A stretch of 46,781 nt of DNA from contig JAYZAL010000030.1 of NCBI GenBank assembly GCA_036339735.1, positions 1 to 46,781 on the forward strand, given 5' to 3'. The notes below the pieces were generated by a model that worked only from the letters and a program-made list of their open reading frames with translations, had not been told where the DNA came from and ran no database searches. Shown here piece after piece: positions 17,951 through 28,590 of the stretch. Position 1 is the first letter of the stretch, and each line of letters starts with the position of its first letter. The stretch is from Candidatus Poribacteria bacterium (lineage in GTDB: Bacteria > Poribacteria > WGA-4E > UBA9662). The position numbers and the translations under genes were made by a program.

Positions 17951-18889
17951 CTATAGTGTTTGACGAAATTGGTCGAATCGTTCTAGTACACCAGTAGATA
18001 ATGGTGTGCTCGCAGCCGTTACGTTATCCAACAGTTGCTGTTTATTCAATGATCCAATATTATTACCGTGAATCCGCTCTTCCCTCAAACAAAACTGAAG
18101 CGCGAGCTGTAGTATGTCTACATCCTCATTCTCACACCATCGCCAGATTTTGATTGAGGATTCTAAGTCAGGATCATTTTTCCAACGGCCTGTATCGGAT
18201 ACAGCCTTCTCTAAATCTAGACCGGTTAACATACCACGCAAGATTGACCAACCATTCATTACACCAATATCGGCTTCTGCTGCCGCAGGTAATAACTGAT
18301 CATTGACCGTCTGACGTACAAGATTATAGTCATTAAAACAAAGAAGAAAATCCACTTCACCAGTAGCAATAGCTTTAAGGTGAAAATCATGGGGACGCAT
18401 CCCATAACCGATAAAACGGGTAAAGCCTCGCTTTTTACATTCTATCAACCCCTCTAAAGTCCCACCACTTTGTAATGTAGGATCGATCTCGGGAGGATCA
18501 TGGATCATCAGTCCGTCGACATAGTCCACATTTAAAGCTTTGAGTTGATCCTCAACATCAGCGAGCACTCGCTCTCGAGAATAATCTGGACTTCCCTGAC
18601 CATATCCACCCCATTTAGCAGCCGAATGACAGCAGACACGAGCAGTAATAATCACATCCTCACGTGAAATTTCTTTCATTGCCAAGCCTAGTTTACGTTG
18701 AGAGTCCCCATAGCAACGAGCTGAGTCAAAATGATTCACACCTAGACCAACAGCATATTTGATGAGTTCTATGGCTTCATCATCAGAAACTGGCCCAAAA
18801 TTATTACCAAATCCTTGAGTTCCAAAGGGAACAACCGGAATCATAATCTCAGTCCGACCTAGTCTTCGTCGAGGCAAATTTACATTCAT
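17951..18889 (-). CDS. Aldo/keto reductase
   Basis: RRLGRT, GVNHFDSARCYG, LNVDYVDGLMIHDP, LQLALQF. Confidence 0.88.
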   Translation of the reverse strand: MNVNLPRRRLGRTEIMIPVVPFGTQGFGNNFGPVSDDEAIELIKYAVGLGVNHFDSARCYGDSQRKLGLAMKEISREDVIITARVCCHSAAKWGGYGQGSPDYSRERVLADVEDQLKALNVDYVDGLMIHDPPEIDPTLQSGGTLEGLIECKKRGFTRFIGYGMRPHDFHLKAIATGEVDFLLCFNDYNLVRQTVNDQLLPAAAEADIGVMNGWSILRGMLTGLDLEKAVSDTGRWKNDPDLESSIKIWRWCENEDVDILQLALQFCLREERIHGNNIGSLNKQQLLDNVTAASTPLSTGVLERFDQFRQTL

Positions 18890-18907
18890 AATTGTGGTCT
18901 CACCAAA

Positions 18908-19669
18908 TTATACATTGCAAACGTCATACGCGGCCTTCATCGCTTCCATTGGATCCCCTTTAGGTCCAAATTCATGCCCAATGTATAAGTCATAATCAGT
19001 CGCCGAAATGGCTCTCATAATTGCTGGATAATAAAGTTCTTGTTGATCATCTAAGTCTTTACGACCAGGATTTCCTGCAGTATGAAAATGGCCAATATAC
19101 TCAATATTGTCTGTCAGAGTGCGGATAATATCGCCCTCCATAATCTGCATATGGTAAATATCATACAATAACTTAGCTCTCGGTGAGTCTACACCTTGAC
19201 AAACCGATACACCCCAAGGGGTATTGTCACATTGATAATCAGGATGATCAACTTTACTGTTGAGTAACTCTATATTTAGATTAATTCCTTTCTCTTCAGC
19301 ATAACCTATCACTCGCATTAAACCTTCAATAGTATTGTCTCGGCCTTCTTCTTCTGACTTCCCATCTCGATTGCCAGAAAAGCAGATCAGACCAGGAATT
19401 TCGTACTCGACGGCTAAATCTATATTGGATTTTAACTCATCTTCGATCCTCTGGTGGTTTTCTTTTTTGTTAAGCCCATCAGGAAGCGACGAATGACCGG
19501 AAATAGTCGCAATTACTAAACCATTATCCTTGACCAAATCCCAATGTTCTCTTGGTAGCATTTCTACTGATTTATAACCGAGTTTAGCCGCTTCTTTTAT
19601 AACTTGCTCCGCAGTGTAACCTTGTCGAGCAAAACAGCCGTAGCAAGCAGATTGGTTAATTGACCCCAT
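18908..19669 (-). CDS. Hydroxypyruvate-isomerase-family TIM barrel (start revised to MGSINQ)
   Basis: GYKSVEM, ICFSGNR, IELLNSKVDHPDYQCD, LLYDIYHMQIMEGD, HFHTAGNPGR. AGGGGA RBS precedes 19669. Confidence 0.9.
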   Translation of the reverse strand: MGSINQSACYGCFARQGYTAEQVIKEAAKLGYKSVEMLPREHWDLVKDNGLVIATISGHSSLPDGLNKKENHQRIEDELKSNIDLAVEYEIPGLICFSGNRDGKSEEEGRDNTIEGLMRVIGYAEEKGINLNIELLNSKVDHPDYQCDNTPWGVSVCQGVDSPRAKLLYDIYHMQIMEGDIIRTLTDNIEYIGHFHTAGNPGRKDLDDQQELYYPAIMRAISATDYDLYIGHEFGPKGDPMEAMKAAYDVCNV

Positions 19670-19757
19670 TATCATTCCCCTATTGACTGAAATAAAAAAT
19701 ATAAATTGAAACCGACGGGAGTATAGCACTTAATTAGTACACTGACAAGCGCCCCAA

Positions 19758-20174
19758 TTAAGTATCGCGTGGCCCCTCATCTTCTTGTAAACATCGTTCC
19801 AGACGATCTAGTAACTGAGAGATACTCCCACGAAACATGCTACTGTAGTTTTTAAGACTGTGATTCAATTCATCTAACTTTCGACTTAAGCCAATCACAT
19901 TTTTGAAATTCTGGTGAATATTAGGTAAGTGAATTCCCAAAGCTTCAGAACTTACAGTATCGAGCTTTTCACTTTGTCCCATGACAATCAATGTTTCTTG
20001 CCTCAGTTTGGAAACTTGACCCATTAGTTCTTCGACATTCTCAATTTCCAGTAATTTTTCTACTGTAAAACTATTTTGAATTGACTGTGATTCGACTATC
20101 TCAGCGGCCCGTTCCAAAATCTCAGCATATTCAGGATGATCACTTGCTAATTTAACTTCCCACTGCTTGTTCAT
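19758..20174 (-). CDS. Hypothetical helical protein
   Basis: 138-aa ATG ORF co-oriented with its neighbours. Confidence 0.55.
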   Translation of the reverse strand: MNKQWEVKLASDHPEYAEILERAAEIVESQSIQNSFTVEKLLEIENVEELMGQVSKLRQETLIVMGQSEKLDTVSSEALGIHLPNIHQNFKNVIGLSRKLDELNHSLKNYSSMFRGSISQLLDRLERCLQEDEGPRDT

Positions 20175-20283
20175 CGTAATTTTTGATCGATTCTATCAAC
20201 AGTTTTCTAGGTAAAACCATCTATCTCAGAAAGTTTATTTGGCTTAAAAAGCATAATCTTCGTTACCATTATACTTCTGATTA

Positions 20284-21087
20284 CTAAGACCAGGATTGAT
20301 GCCATACTAGTGTGTTTTGTTCATTATTATTAAGTAAATCCCCAACTTCCAACGACTCAAAATAATCTTGAGGAAGAATATTCTGTTTCCCATTGAAAGT
20401 TGAACCATCAGGCATGAAGGCACACGTCATAGCTCGACGATGATGGATAGTCATATTAGCTCCAGCAGCGTGGGCTGTTAGACCATTGTGCCAAACAATA
20501 GAGCCAGCGGAGCATGGAATTGGTTGAGGTGGAATCATTTTCCACTCCGGATACACCTGAAATAGTGCCCCCAAGTTTTGACCGATTCCTACATTATCGT
20601 AATTCGCTTGCTTATGTGACTCAGGGATATACCACAAACAACCATTAGCCAAGGTTACATCGTCTAAAGCTATCCAGAAAGAAAGGGCTGCTCTAGAATC
20701 GAAAGACCAATAAGGTACATCCAAATGCCACGCTGTAGGGTTACCATGTGGAGGTTTGATCAGTGCTTGGTCGTGCCAGATACGCATTCCAACTTCCCCC
20801 GCCAAAATAGTGGCCATCCGACCGATTTTGGGATCGTGAACAAGTTGGCGCATACCAGTATGGCTATCGGATAATCGCAAACACTGCGTAAAGACCTGAG
20901 CATAAAAATCATCAGGATTCATTTGGTTTGTCATTTGATTAATCGATTTTCCCAACCGTTGCGCTACAGCCTCATCTGTACAACATTGCCATTCAGTTAA
21001 TTCTTCAGTTGTTAAAAAATCAGGAATTACTAAAAAACCATTCGTTTGGTAAAACTCGATCTGCTGTTCAGTTAATTCATGTCGCAC
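20284..21087 (-). CDS. PhyH-family Fe(II)/2-oxoglutarate dioxygenase
   Basis: LTEQQIEFYQTNGFLVI, TAWHLD, WIALDD...NGCLWYIPESH, HNGLTAHAAGAN. Confidence 0.9.
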   Translation of the reverse strand: MRHELTEQQIEFYQTNGFLVIPDFLTTEELTEWQCCTDEAVAQRLGKSINQMTNQMNPDDFYAQVFTQCLRLSDSHTGMRQLVHDPKIGRMATILAGEVGMRIWHDQALIKPPHGNPTAWHLDVPYWSFDSRAALSFWIALDDVTLANGCLWYIPESHKQANYDNVGIGQNLGALFQVYPEWKMIPPQPIPCSAGSIVWHNGLTAHAAGANMTIHHRRAMTCAFMPDGSTFNGKQNILPQDYFESLEVGDLLNNNEQNTLVWHQSWS

Positions 21088-21100
21088 TTGTTATCACCCA

Positions 21101-21844
21101 TTACTGAAATCTGATTTTACAATTGGCCCAAGTAGTTGTTAATTTATTTTTAAGATCGACTGACTGTGGTATTTCAGGCCCCTCGACCGTCAAATTATCG
21201 AAACTGACACCAGCGTTAAAAGTCCCAACACCAACAGCCCCTTTAGGAAAAGACTTATCCTCGACATCAAATTCTAATTTGTCATCGATAAAACACTTTA
21301 TATTAGAACCTTTAACCACTACCTTCAGGATATAATCTGTTTTGAGTTTGCAAGGTTTAGCTTTGTGAATTTTCAGTATCTGGTTCGGGGACTTAATTAG
21401 GCAAGGACCTTCTGCAGCTCTTTGATCAATCCGAAAATAATAGTAATTACATTCCATATCACCTTTTTTGGGATTATCGCCATTAACTCGAAAGAAAAGG
21501 CCAGCAATTGGGGCTAATGGACCTCCTTCGTCGATCCGTACGGTCGCAGAAACAGTATAATCAGTCCAATTTTCGTTTCCAATATGGCTCCGATGGTAAG
21601 TAGTGCAGTTTGCTACGCTTGTCCATTCGGTTTCCGATTGAACATATTTCTTGTTTTTTACTGTCCATTTACCCTGTAGTTCTTGCCACTCCAATCCACC
21701 GTCAATCGGAATTGGTCTTGGCTTTCCGTTAGGCTGGTCAAAATCGACGATAAATTTACCAGCTTGAACTGGTACAAAACTACAAAATAGAAAAAATAGA
21801 ACTAAATAGTAATTGCGGGTACAAAAGCACTTGACTGAATTCAA
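21101..21844 (-). CDS. Secreted ConA-like/DUF1080-like protein with the conserved C-terminal Trp/Lys tail
   Basis: Signal peptide; WTDYTVSA, AGLFFR, KGAVGVG, FDNLTV; tail SVDLKNKLTTTWANCK. Confidence 0.7.
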   Translation of the reverse strand: MNSVKCFCTRNYYLVLFFLFCSFVPVQAGKFIVDFDQPNGKPRPIPIDGGLEWQELQGKWTVKNKKYVQSETEWTSVANCTTYHRSHIGNENWTDYTVSATVRIDEGGPLAPIAGLFFRVNGDNPKKGDMECNYYYFRIDQRAAEGPCLIKSPNQILKIHKAKPCKLKTDYILKVVVKGSNIKCFIDDKLEFDVEDKSFPKGAVGVGTFNAGVSFDNLTVEGPEIPQSVDLKNKLTTTWANCKIRFQ

Positions 21845-21886
21845 GTTAATTTCTCCTTGTTCTCATTGGTAAGTCTATTACTAGGC

Positions 21887-23095
21887 TCAATCCACTATTG
21901 ATTGGTAGGTTAAGACTCGGAATTGTGATAAAAGGGGGTGTGGATTGTTAAGTAGTTGGGTCATTAGAATAGCAATTAATTTTTCTTTTGGGTCAATCCA
22001 GAAAGTAGTTGAAGCTGCTCCTCCCCAACGGAATAAGCCTTCAGATCCCGAGATAGCTGATTCCGCCAGATTAGTAACAACCGAGAACCCCAAGCCAAAT
22101 CCAACACCTCTCATTCCAAATGGGTATTGGTCTGTAACCAAATGATTGCAGGTCATCAATTCCACAGTGGTTCTAGATAATAATTGTTTATTTTCTAGGC
22201 ATCCACCATTTAGCATCATTTGACAAAAGCGTAAATAATCGGCCGTAGTAGATAATAAGCCACCACCGCCAGAACAGATAGTTCGTTTTTGACCAGAGGC
22301 ATCCAGACGAGCGATAATTGAATCGCTGGCTTTTTCATATTTCCCCTCTTCTGTAGCTCGGTAGAGGGACGCATAACGGTCAATTTTTTCCTTATCAACA
22401 TCAAAGCTTGTGTCATGCATACCCAGAGGCGAAAAGATACGACGTTGCAAAAATTGATCAAAAGGCTGACCCGCGATTAACTCAACCAAACAACCGAGTA
22501 CATCAGTTGAAAAACTATAGTGCCAAATCTTCCCTGGATGATGTACTAGTGGAAAACTAGCTAATTTCTGAGCCATTTCCAACAAGGATTCAGAATTATA
22601 AAGATCAGCTTCTTTATACATTTCACTAACTACGTTACCATTGAAATCGTAAGTCAAACCTGAGGTGTGACGCAACAAATCGTGAATTGTCATTTCACCT
22701 TTGGCTGGAACAGTTTCATACGATCCACCAGCTAGATCAGTAATAACCTTCATATTACTGAAATCGGGAATAAATTTAGATACAGGATCACTAAGTTGGA
22801 AATGCCCTTCCTCATACAACATCATAATCGCGACACTAGTAATAGGCTTGGTCATAGAATATATACGAAAGATAGTATCAAACTCAATCGCAGAGTGATC
22901 ATCTTTTTGACCAAATTTACCCAAATGGGCGACTGAACCATTTCGCCAGATCATTGTTGTCAAACCCCGAAAACAACGGTTATCGATGTATCCGCTCATG
23001 ACATGTTGAATACGATCCAAGCGTTGGCTGGAGAGTCCTACACTCTCAGGGGCAACAACTTCAAATGTCATTACGCAACCCTCTTCTATATCCAT
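21887..23095 (-). CDS. Serine hydrolase, beta-lactamase class C-like (family VIII esterase type)
   Basis: FRIYSMTKP (SxxK), LLRHTSGL, WHYS, GGGGLLST, WGGAASTTFWIDP. Confidence 0.9.
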   Translation of the reverse strand: MDIEEGCVMTFEVVAPESVGLSSQRLDRIQHVMSGYIDNRCFRGLTTMIWRNGSVAHLGKFGQKDDHSAIEFDTIFRIYSMTKPITSVAIMMLYEEGHFQLSDPVSKFIPDFSNMKVITDLAGGSYETVPAKGEMTIHDLLRHTSGLTYDFNGNVVSEMYKEADLYNSESLLEMAQKLASFPLVHHPGKIWHYSFSTDVLGCLVELIAGQPFDQFLQRRIFSPLGMHDTSFDVDKEKIDRYASLYRATEEGKYEKASDSIIARLDASGQKRTICSGGGGLLSTTADYLRFCQMMLNGGCLENKQLLSRTTVELMTCNHLVTDQYPFGMRGVGFGLGFSVVTNLAESAISGSEGLFRWGGAASTTFWIDPKEKLIAILMTQLLNNPHPLLSQFRVLTYQSIVD

Positions 23096-23366
23096 TTAAG
23101 TTAAAGTGAAATCAGGCTAATCATACCCTTAGTAAAGCCAAGATTTTCGTTTTTCAGTTTATCTTTCCTTCCACACACGTATTACAAAATTTTTAACACT
23201 GTGTACAATTTCCCAATGTACTAAGCCGTCATCATGTTAATTACACAAAATCCAAATCTTACTTCTTAATGATCTGCAGATGAAAACGACAACATGGCTC
23301 CTTTAATAAAACTAACAAAAGGCTAGTTTTTCATTGATATTCTCCACAAAAAAGTTGCCGTTCTTT

Positions 23367-24464
23367 CTAATTTCGGTGGCGAGCTGAAACTTCCCACCTA
23401 TCAATGCATATGCCTCTTTCATCCACTATGTAGTAAAATTGGTGTAACGCCACTGTGGGACAGATATGTGCAGGACAAACAAACACAGGCTGACCTAATA
23501 ACACATTGTCTGATGGTCTTATTTTTACGGACCAATGTTCCTCGTGTTGGGCTAAAAGCTTAGAACCATCCAGGTTCAAAATCTTTCCTCTTGGGTCCTT
23601 AGAATCAGCCGAAATTGCCTTATGTCCAAGGTCAAGCGTAGCATATCCCTCGATAGGTAAACTAATAATTCGACTCAATAATAGTGCCGCCGGAACAAAA
23701 CCAAGATCGGGGTATTTTGTCGAATAATTATAATCAGAAAAGACGAAAGTTCCTGGTGAAGTTTCAATATCAGAAATTTCGGCGTAAATAGGAAAAGTCG
23801 GCGTACCACCCATCACAAGGTTAGGTAGATGTTTTTCCCCAATTTTGCGTTTGAAAATTTCGACCTGATCCAAACTATACTGACAAGCTGATCGACGTTC
23901 GGTGAGTGAACTATGGTGAATATGACCATCGTAGACATGCAGGCCCCAAGGTATCAGACCGTCAGCTCGCTGAATTTGTCGATAAAGATCTACGGCTCCG
24001 TCAGCTAAAGTTACTCCTGTACGATTCATACCAACATTAAAATCCAACATCACCTTAACTGATTTATTTACCCCTTGAATTGCTTTTGAAAGAGCTTGCA
24101 TTGCTATTGGGTGATCGACTACCAGCTGAAAATCGACTTCTGGAAATTGGTTCATTAAATCCACAAAGCGCTGAATATTTGGTCCGACCATCTGGTAAGC
24201 TATTAAAACATCAGTAACACCCACTTCAGCCAGCATCTGTGCTTCTACGAGTGTAGCGCATTTGTGTTTATAAATCCCGGCAGCTAATTCTAGTTCAACA
24301 ATCCGAGCTGTCTTATGTGTCTTGACGTGTGGCCTCAACTTCTCGGTTCTTCCTTGAACCATCTCAACTGCCTGTTTAATATTATTTTTGACTAACTCCA
24401 CATAAACAATTAGTGAGGGCGATGGAATTTGATCAGTGCTCTGAATATAGTATTTTTGATCCAT
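23367..24464 (-). CDS. D-threonine aldolase / D-serine dehydratase-like PLP enzyme (fold III)
   Basis: LRPHVKTHK, GMNRTG, GLHVYDGH, GGTPTF, HEEHW, PAHICPTVAL. Confidence 0.9.
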   Translation of the reverse strand: MDQKYYIQSTDQIPSPSLIVYVELVKNNIKQAVEMVQGRTEKLRPHVKTHKTARIVELELAAGIYKHKCATLVEAQMLAEVGVTDVLIAYQMVGPNIQRFVDLMNQFPEVDFQLVVDHPIAMQALSKAIQGVNKSVKVMLDFNVGMNRTGVTLADGAVDLYRQIQRADGLIPWGLHVYDGHIHHSSLTERRSACQYSLDQVEIFKRKIGEKHLPNLVMGGTPTFPIYAEISDIETSPGTFVFSDYNYSTKYPDLGFVPAALLLSRIISLPIEGYATLDLGHKAISADSKDPRGKILNLDGSKLLAQHEEHWSVKIRPSDNVLLGQPVFVCPAHICPTVALHQFYYIVDERGICIDRWEVSARHRN

Positions 24465-24697
24465 GGTCTAATGAAATCCGATACTTTGATTTAGGAAGTT
24501 GAATATTTAGTTGGAAATAGCGGTGTGTAACCGATTTTCTTTTTAGAAATAGGGTTAATAAGAATACAGAAAGTATATTCAGAGGTCATGGAAACAACCT
24601 TGCGAGTCTAGCACGTTTGAAGTTGAAGTTCAACTACAACATTGATATATTAGCTTGCAACTAAACATACATCAATTACAACCATTCTACCCCACTA

Positions 24698-25942
24698 ATG
24701 AAAACCCGCCCTATAGATCAACTCAATCAATACTTTAAGCAAAATGCAAAAACAAAGCATAAAATCGTCGGTATCCAGACTTGGCATCTTAATTTGAATC
24801 CATTAGCTATGTCTCAGTTAGCTTTCTCTAAGGGAGCAAAAATCAATGATATGGACTTGGGGTATCATGTTGACTGGCGAGGTCCATTTGCAACGCAAGC
24901 TGGAGCTTTGATAGTAGAAATCACCACAAACAAAGGTCTAAAAGGCTATGGTCTTGGAGGTGGTGGACTTGCGGGCGAACTAATTATTGATCAACACCTA
25001 CAACACTTTTTAATAGATCAAGACCCTTTAGATGTTGTCCAAATTTGGGATCATCTTTATCATATTAGTTCGATCTATGGTCGACGAGGTTTGGTTATCT
25101 ACGCGCTGAGTGGTATTGATCTCGCACTATGGGATTTGTGTGGAAAGATTCTTAATCAGCCTGTCTACACGTTGATAACAGATCAACCCCGGATCGAAAT
25201 TCCGGCTTATGCAACTGGCAATGATATTGTTGATTACGTTGAACAAGGTTTTAGCGCCTGCAAAATACCCCTTCGATTTGGATTGACTGAAGGTGAACTT
25301 GGATTGCAAAAAAACCTGGAAATAGTCCAAAAATCACGAGACCTGATAGGCGAAAAAATTGATTTAATGGTCGATATTTACCTGCGCTGGGATGTGGACT
25401 ATACACTTCGTTTTGCTGAATCGACTACTGATCTTAACCTAAAATGGATTGAAGAACCGATAGCATTAGACAACTATCGAGGAATGGCTAAACTGGTTGA
25501 TACCATCGATTCAACTTGGATTGTTTCTGGTGAACACGAATTTACCCGTTACGGATTTCGTGAATTACTACAGTGGAAAGCCGCGGATATGATTCAACCT
25601 GATGTTAGTTGGGCTGGTGGGTTTGGAGAATGTTTGCGGATTGCACAGGAGAGTGCTAACTTACATATTCCCACTTGGCCTCATCAAGCAGGTACTCCCT
25701 GGGGATTACACTTGACCGCTTGCCTACCATTACCTGCTATGGCTGAAACATTTGGTTTGAACCACTCAAGTTGGACACAAAGTATCGAAAGTGAAATCTA
25801 TCACAGGTTACGACCGCAGCCTAAAGATGGCCTATTTAGATTGAATGACCTTCCTGGGTTTGGTCTAGACCTTAGTCCAGAGTTGTTGGATGCCTATGCT
25901 GTTGACACAGTTATTATAAAAAAACATAAAAAAAGAAATTAG
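24698..25942 (+). CDS. Mandelate racemase/enolase-superfamily acid-sugar dehydratase (L-rhamnonate dehydratase-like)
   Basis: YGRRGLVIYALSGIDLALWDL, LMVD, WIEEP, GEHEFTRYGF, IQPDVSWAGG, WPH. Confidence 0.85.
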   Translation: MKTRPIDQLNQYFKQNAKTKHKIVGIQTWHLNLNPLAMSQLAFSKGAKINDMDLGYHVDWRGPFATQAGALIVEITTNKGLKGYGLGGGGLAGELIIDQHLQHFLIDQDPLDVVQIWDHLYHISSIYGRRGLVIYALSGIDLALWDLCGKILNQPVYTLITDQPRIEIPAYATGNDIVDYVEQGFSACKIPLRFGLTEGELGLQKNLEIVQKSRDLIGEKIDLMVDIYLRWDVDYTLRFAESTTDLNLKWIEEPIALDNYRGMAKLVDTIDSTWIVSGEHEFTRYGFRELLQWKAADMIQPDVSWAGGFGECLRIAQESANLHIPTWPHQAGTPWGLHLTACLPLPAMAETFGLNHSSWTQSIESEIYHRLRPQPKDGLFRLNDLPGFGLDLSPELLDAYAVDTVIIKKHKKRN

Positions 25943-26245
25943 ATATGTAAACCCAAAAATTATCCGGAAATATGGTGATTGGAATCTCATGTCTTACCAA
26001 AAATCAAAAATTTCAGTCAATTTTGCAACAAGCTTGATAGTTTCTCGACTTTGAGTCTTTATGGAAGTGCTGATAAAATCATACATATCAATCGAAAAAA
26101 CAAATGGTAATAATGCTCAAAACTCTACGATTTATTTCTACAATATCAATCAATCTTATGCGATGCGTAGTTGTCGTTGGAGACACAAACAGACTTTAAA
26201 CAATTTAGCTCTGTATCAACAGAAAGAAAAAAGGAGAATATCAAT

Positions 26246-27037
26246 ATGCAGTACAATCAGCGATTTACAACCCTGATTTTCTTAACACTCTGTTCGTTAT
26301 CGTATTTTAGAGCAGAAGCTCAGCTGATAACCAAAGGTTTAGTGGCTTACTGGCCATTAGAGCAAGGAACAATAGAAGGTAAAAAAGTTAAAGATGTGAT
26401 TGGCGAAAATCATGGTGAGATGGTGGGTAATGGAAAAATCAAAGCAGGGAAGATCGGCCAAGCTTTTGAGTGTGATGGCGATGATTCGGTCGATATCCCA
26501 GGTAGTAAGACCTTAGAATTTAACGGTAAAAAATCTATGACAGTGGCTGCATGGGTCAAAGCTAAAAACAAACTGCCGGTAAAAGGTGTAGTAGCTGGTT
26601 GTTGTGGAACTATTGTAGCTCAAAGAGATGCAGATGGTTGGGCATTCCGATTTGATGGTCGAAACGCTGGAGCTGAAATAGAATTTATCACATGTCCCGG
26701 TTGGCAAGGAGATGGAGGCTTTGGCGCTCCAAAATTTGCGCCCAATGAATGGCACTATATAACTGGAGTTATCGATAATAAGAAAAAATTTCTGTACGTA
26801 GACGGTGAGCTCGTCAAGGAATCAGACTATAATGGCCCGATGAAAAGTAATAGTTCTGAAACAGAAATTGGTAAGGCACAAGATGGTGGATTTATTGGTT
26901 TGATAGATGAGGTTACTATTTACAATCGTGCTTTATCTGCGGGCGAAGTTCAAGTTAATTTTAAGGCTAAAGGACTAGCAGTTGATCCAAAAGGTAAATT
27001 ATCTACCAGTTGGTCTTTGCTCAAGGCTGGACTTTAA
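26246..27037 (+). CDS. Secreted LamG-like jellyroll protein with the conserved C-terminal tail (start revised to MQYNQR)
   Basis: AAGGAG RBS; signal peptide; GLVAYWPL, GKIGQAF, MTVAAWV, EWHYI, LYVDG, GLIDEVTIYNRALS; tail AVDPKGKLSTSWSLLK. Confidence 0.88.
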   Translation: MQYNQRFTTLIFLTLCSLSYFRAEAQLITKGLVAYWPLEQGTIEGKKVKDVIGENHGEMVGNGKIKAGKIGQAFECDGDDSVDIPGSKTLEFNGKKSMTVAAWVKAKNKLPVKGVVAGCCGTIVAQRDADGWAFRFDGRNAGAEIEFITCPGWQGDGGFGAPKFAPNEWHYITGVIDNKKKFLYVDGELVKESDYNGPMKSNSSETEIGKAQDGGFIGLIDEVTIYNRALSAGEVQVNFKAKGLAVDPKGKLSTSWSLLKAGL

Positions 27038-27040
27038 AAA

Positions 27041-27712
27041 TTGGGCTTGCAACACCAATGTCCTCTTTGCTTAGGCAAAAGCGGCGATGATTTTTTTCAA
27101 GATGATCGTCGCTCATTTCTTCGATGCTCAAATTGTCAACTGATATTTGTTCCACCAAATTTTTTCCTGTCTCCAGAAAAAGAAAAATCCAGGTACGATA
27201 CCCACCAAAATTCACCGGAAGATCCTCGATATCGATCTTTTTTGAGTCAACTTTTTGAACCCGTCGAGAAACGGTTGTCAAAAAATAGCAAAGGTCTGGA
27301 CTTCGGCTCTGGACCAGGACCTACCCTATCCGTCATGTTCGAAGAAGTCGGACACCAAATGACACTTTACGATCGATTCTATGCCTTCGAGCCAGCTGTC
27401 TTCAAAAAATCATACGATTTCATTACTAGTTCTGAAACAGTTGAGCATTTACAAAATCCAAAATCAGAACTAGACCGGATTTGGTCTTGCCTTAAACCAA
27501 ATGGCATATTAGGCATAATGACCCAGTTTGTACCATCAACCACAGAATTCGGTAGTTGGTACTATAAAAACGATCCCACTCATGTTTGTTTCTTTGAAAG
27601 ACAAACGTTTCGCTGGTTAGCCAAAGATTGGAATACGTCACCAGAATTTGTAGCGAAGAACGTTGTACTTCTCACTAAGCGTAGTGATTTTCTTAATCAC
27701 TCAGTACGATGA
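27041..27712 (+). CDS. Class I SAM methyltransferase with an N-terminal Zn-binding CxxC pair
   Basis: CPLC, CSNC, EKSRYDTHQN, GLDFGSGPGP, WYYKNDPTHVCFF. Confidence 0.88.
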   Translation: MGLQHQCPLCLGKSGDDFFQDDRRSFLRCSNCQLIFVPPNFFLSPEKEKSRYDTHQNSPEDPRYRSFLSQLFEPVEKRLSKNSKGLDFGSGPGPTLSVMFEEVGHQMTLYDRFYAFEPAVFKKSYDFITSSETVEHLQNPKSELDRIWSCLKPNGILGIMTQFVPSTTEFGSWYYKNDPTHVCFFERQTFRWLAKDWNTSPEFVAKNVVLLTKRSDFLNHSVR

Positions 27713-28581
27713 GTAGCTGCACCTCTTGGGTTTTCAAATGCATCAACCCATAGATCTGACCATGCTTTATGGTCAATCAGTGCACTATCTTGTTGACTCA
27801 AGCTTCGGACCACAAAATCCGGATGTGCAGTACGACCAGTATGCTGACCCGTGGGTTGATAACGTAAATCTAGGGACCATCGGCAATAATCAGATAAGTT
27901 AGGCAATGAACGGTGAGGAGTGTAGCGACTAAGGAAAACGATATCACCACGATCACATTCTAGGTAAACTGGTTCAGAGTCTGGCATGATATCAGGAACA
28001 ATCATGGTGCCGCCCTCCTTCTGATGAGTTAAATATCCTAACTGGGAAACCCCAGACAAAACTTGTAAACACCCTCTATCACGATTACTCAAAGTCAACG
28101 GTAACCAACAGGTAATGACATTAGAATTTTCAGCCTCTTTCATCATTACGGCTGCATCTTGGTGCCAAGGGACACCATGAGACCAACTGCTTTGCCCAAA
28201 ATTTGATGGTGGTTTCGCTCGAACGTGCTGAATCGGATTGCAAGTAATCTCGGGGCCAACTAACGACTGAACCGCATCCAACAGGTTATCGTTACCCAAA
28301 AAATTGAACATGGCAGGCCCTCGCATATCCATAATATCCATACCACGACCAATTTCCACCGATTCCTTGAGAATTAGACCAAACCGTTGCTCAAAACTAG
28401 CCTCGGCATACATATTGGTGATTTTTCCTTGCTCAAACAGTTCTTTAGCCCGGTGATCAATAAATTCGACCAATTCATCAATGACAGGTTGAGTGTCGGA
28501 AGTATCCAATACTCCCTTAGCTACCACAAATCCGTTTTCATTATAAGCCTCAATTTGCTCTCTTGTTAATTCCATGTACAC
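27697..28581 (-). CDS. PhyH-family dioxygenase
   Basis: LTREQIEAYNENGFVV, VPWHQD, TPHRSLPN, RWSLDLRYQ. Confidence 0.9.
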   Translation of the reverse strand: MYMELTREQIEAYNENGFVVAKGVLDTSDTQPVIDELVEFIDHRAKELFEQGKITNMYAEASFEQRFGLILKESVEIGRGMDIMDMRGPAMFNFLGNDNLLDAVQSLVGPEITCNPIQHVRAKPPSNFGQSSWSHGVPWHQDAAVMMKEAENSNVITCWLPLTLSNRDRGCLQVLSGVSQLGYLTHQKEGGTMIVPDIMPDSEPVYLECDRGDIVFLSRYTPHRSLPNLSDYCRWSLDLRYQPTGQHTGRTAHPDFVVRSLSQQDSALIDHKAWSDLWVDAFENPRGAATHRTE

Positions 28582-28590
28582 TATTCCTTA

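Noticed and set aside
27697-27712. Convergent 16-bp overlap between the methyltransferase and PhyH genes
   Set aside because: Short 3' overlaps are common in compact genomes and nothing suggests a function.
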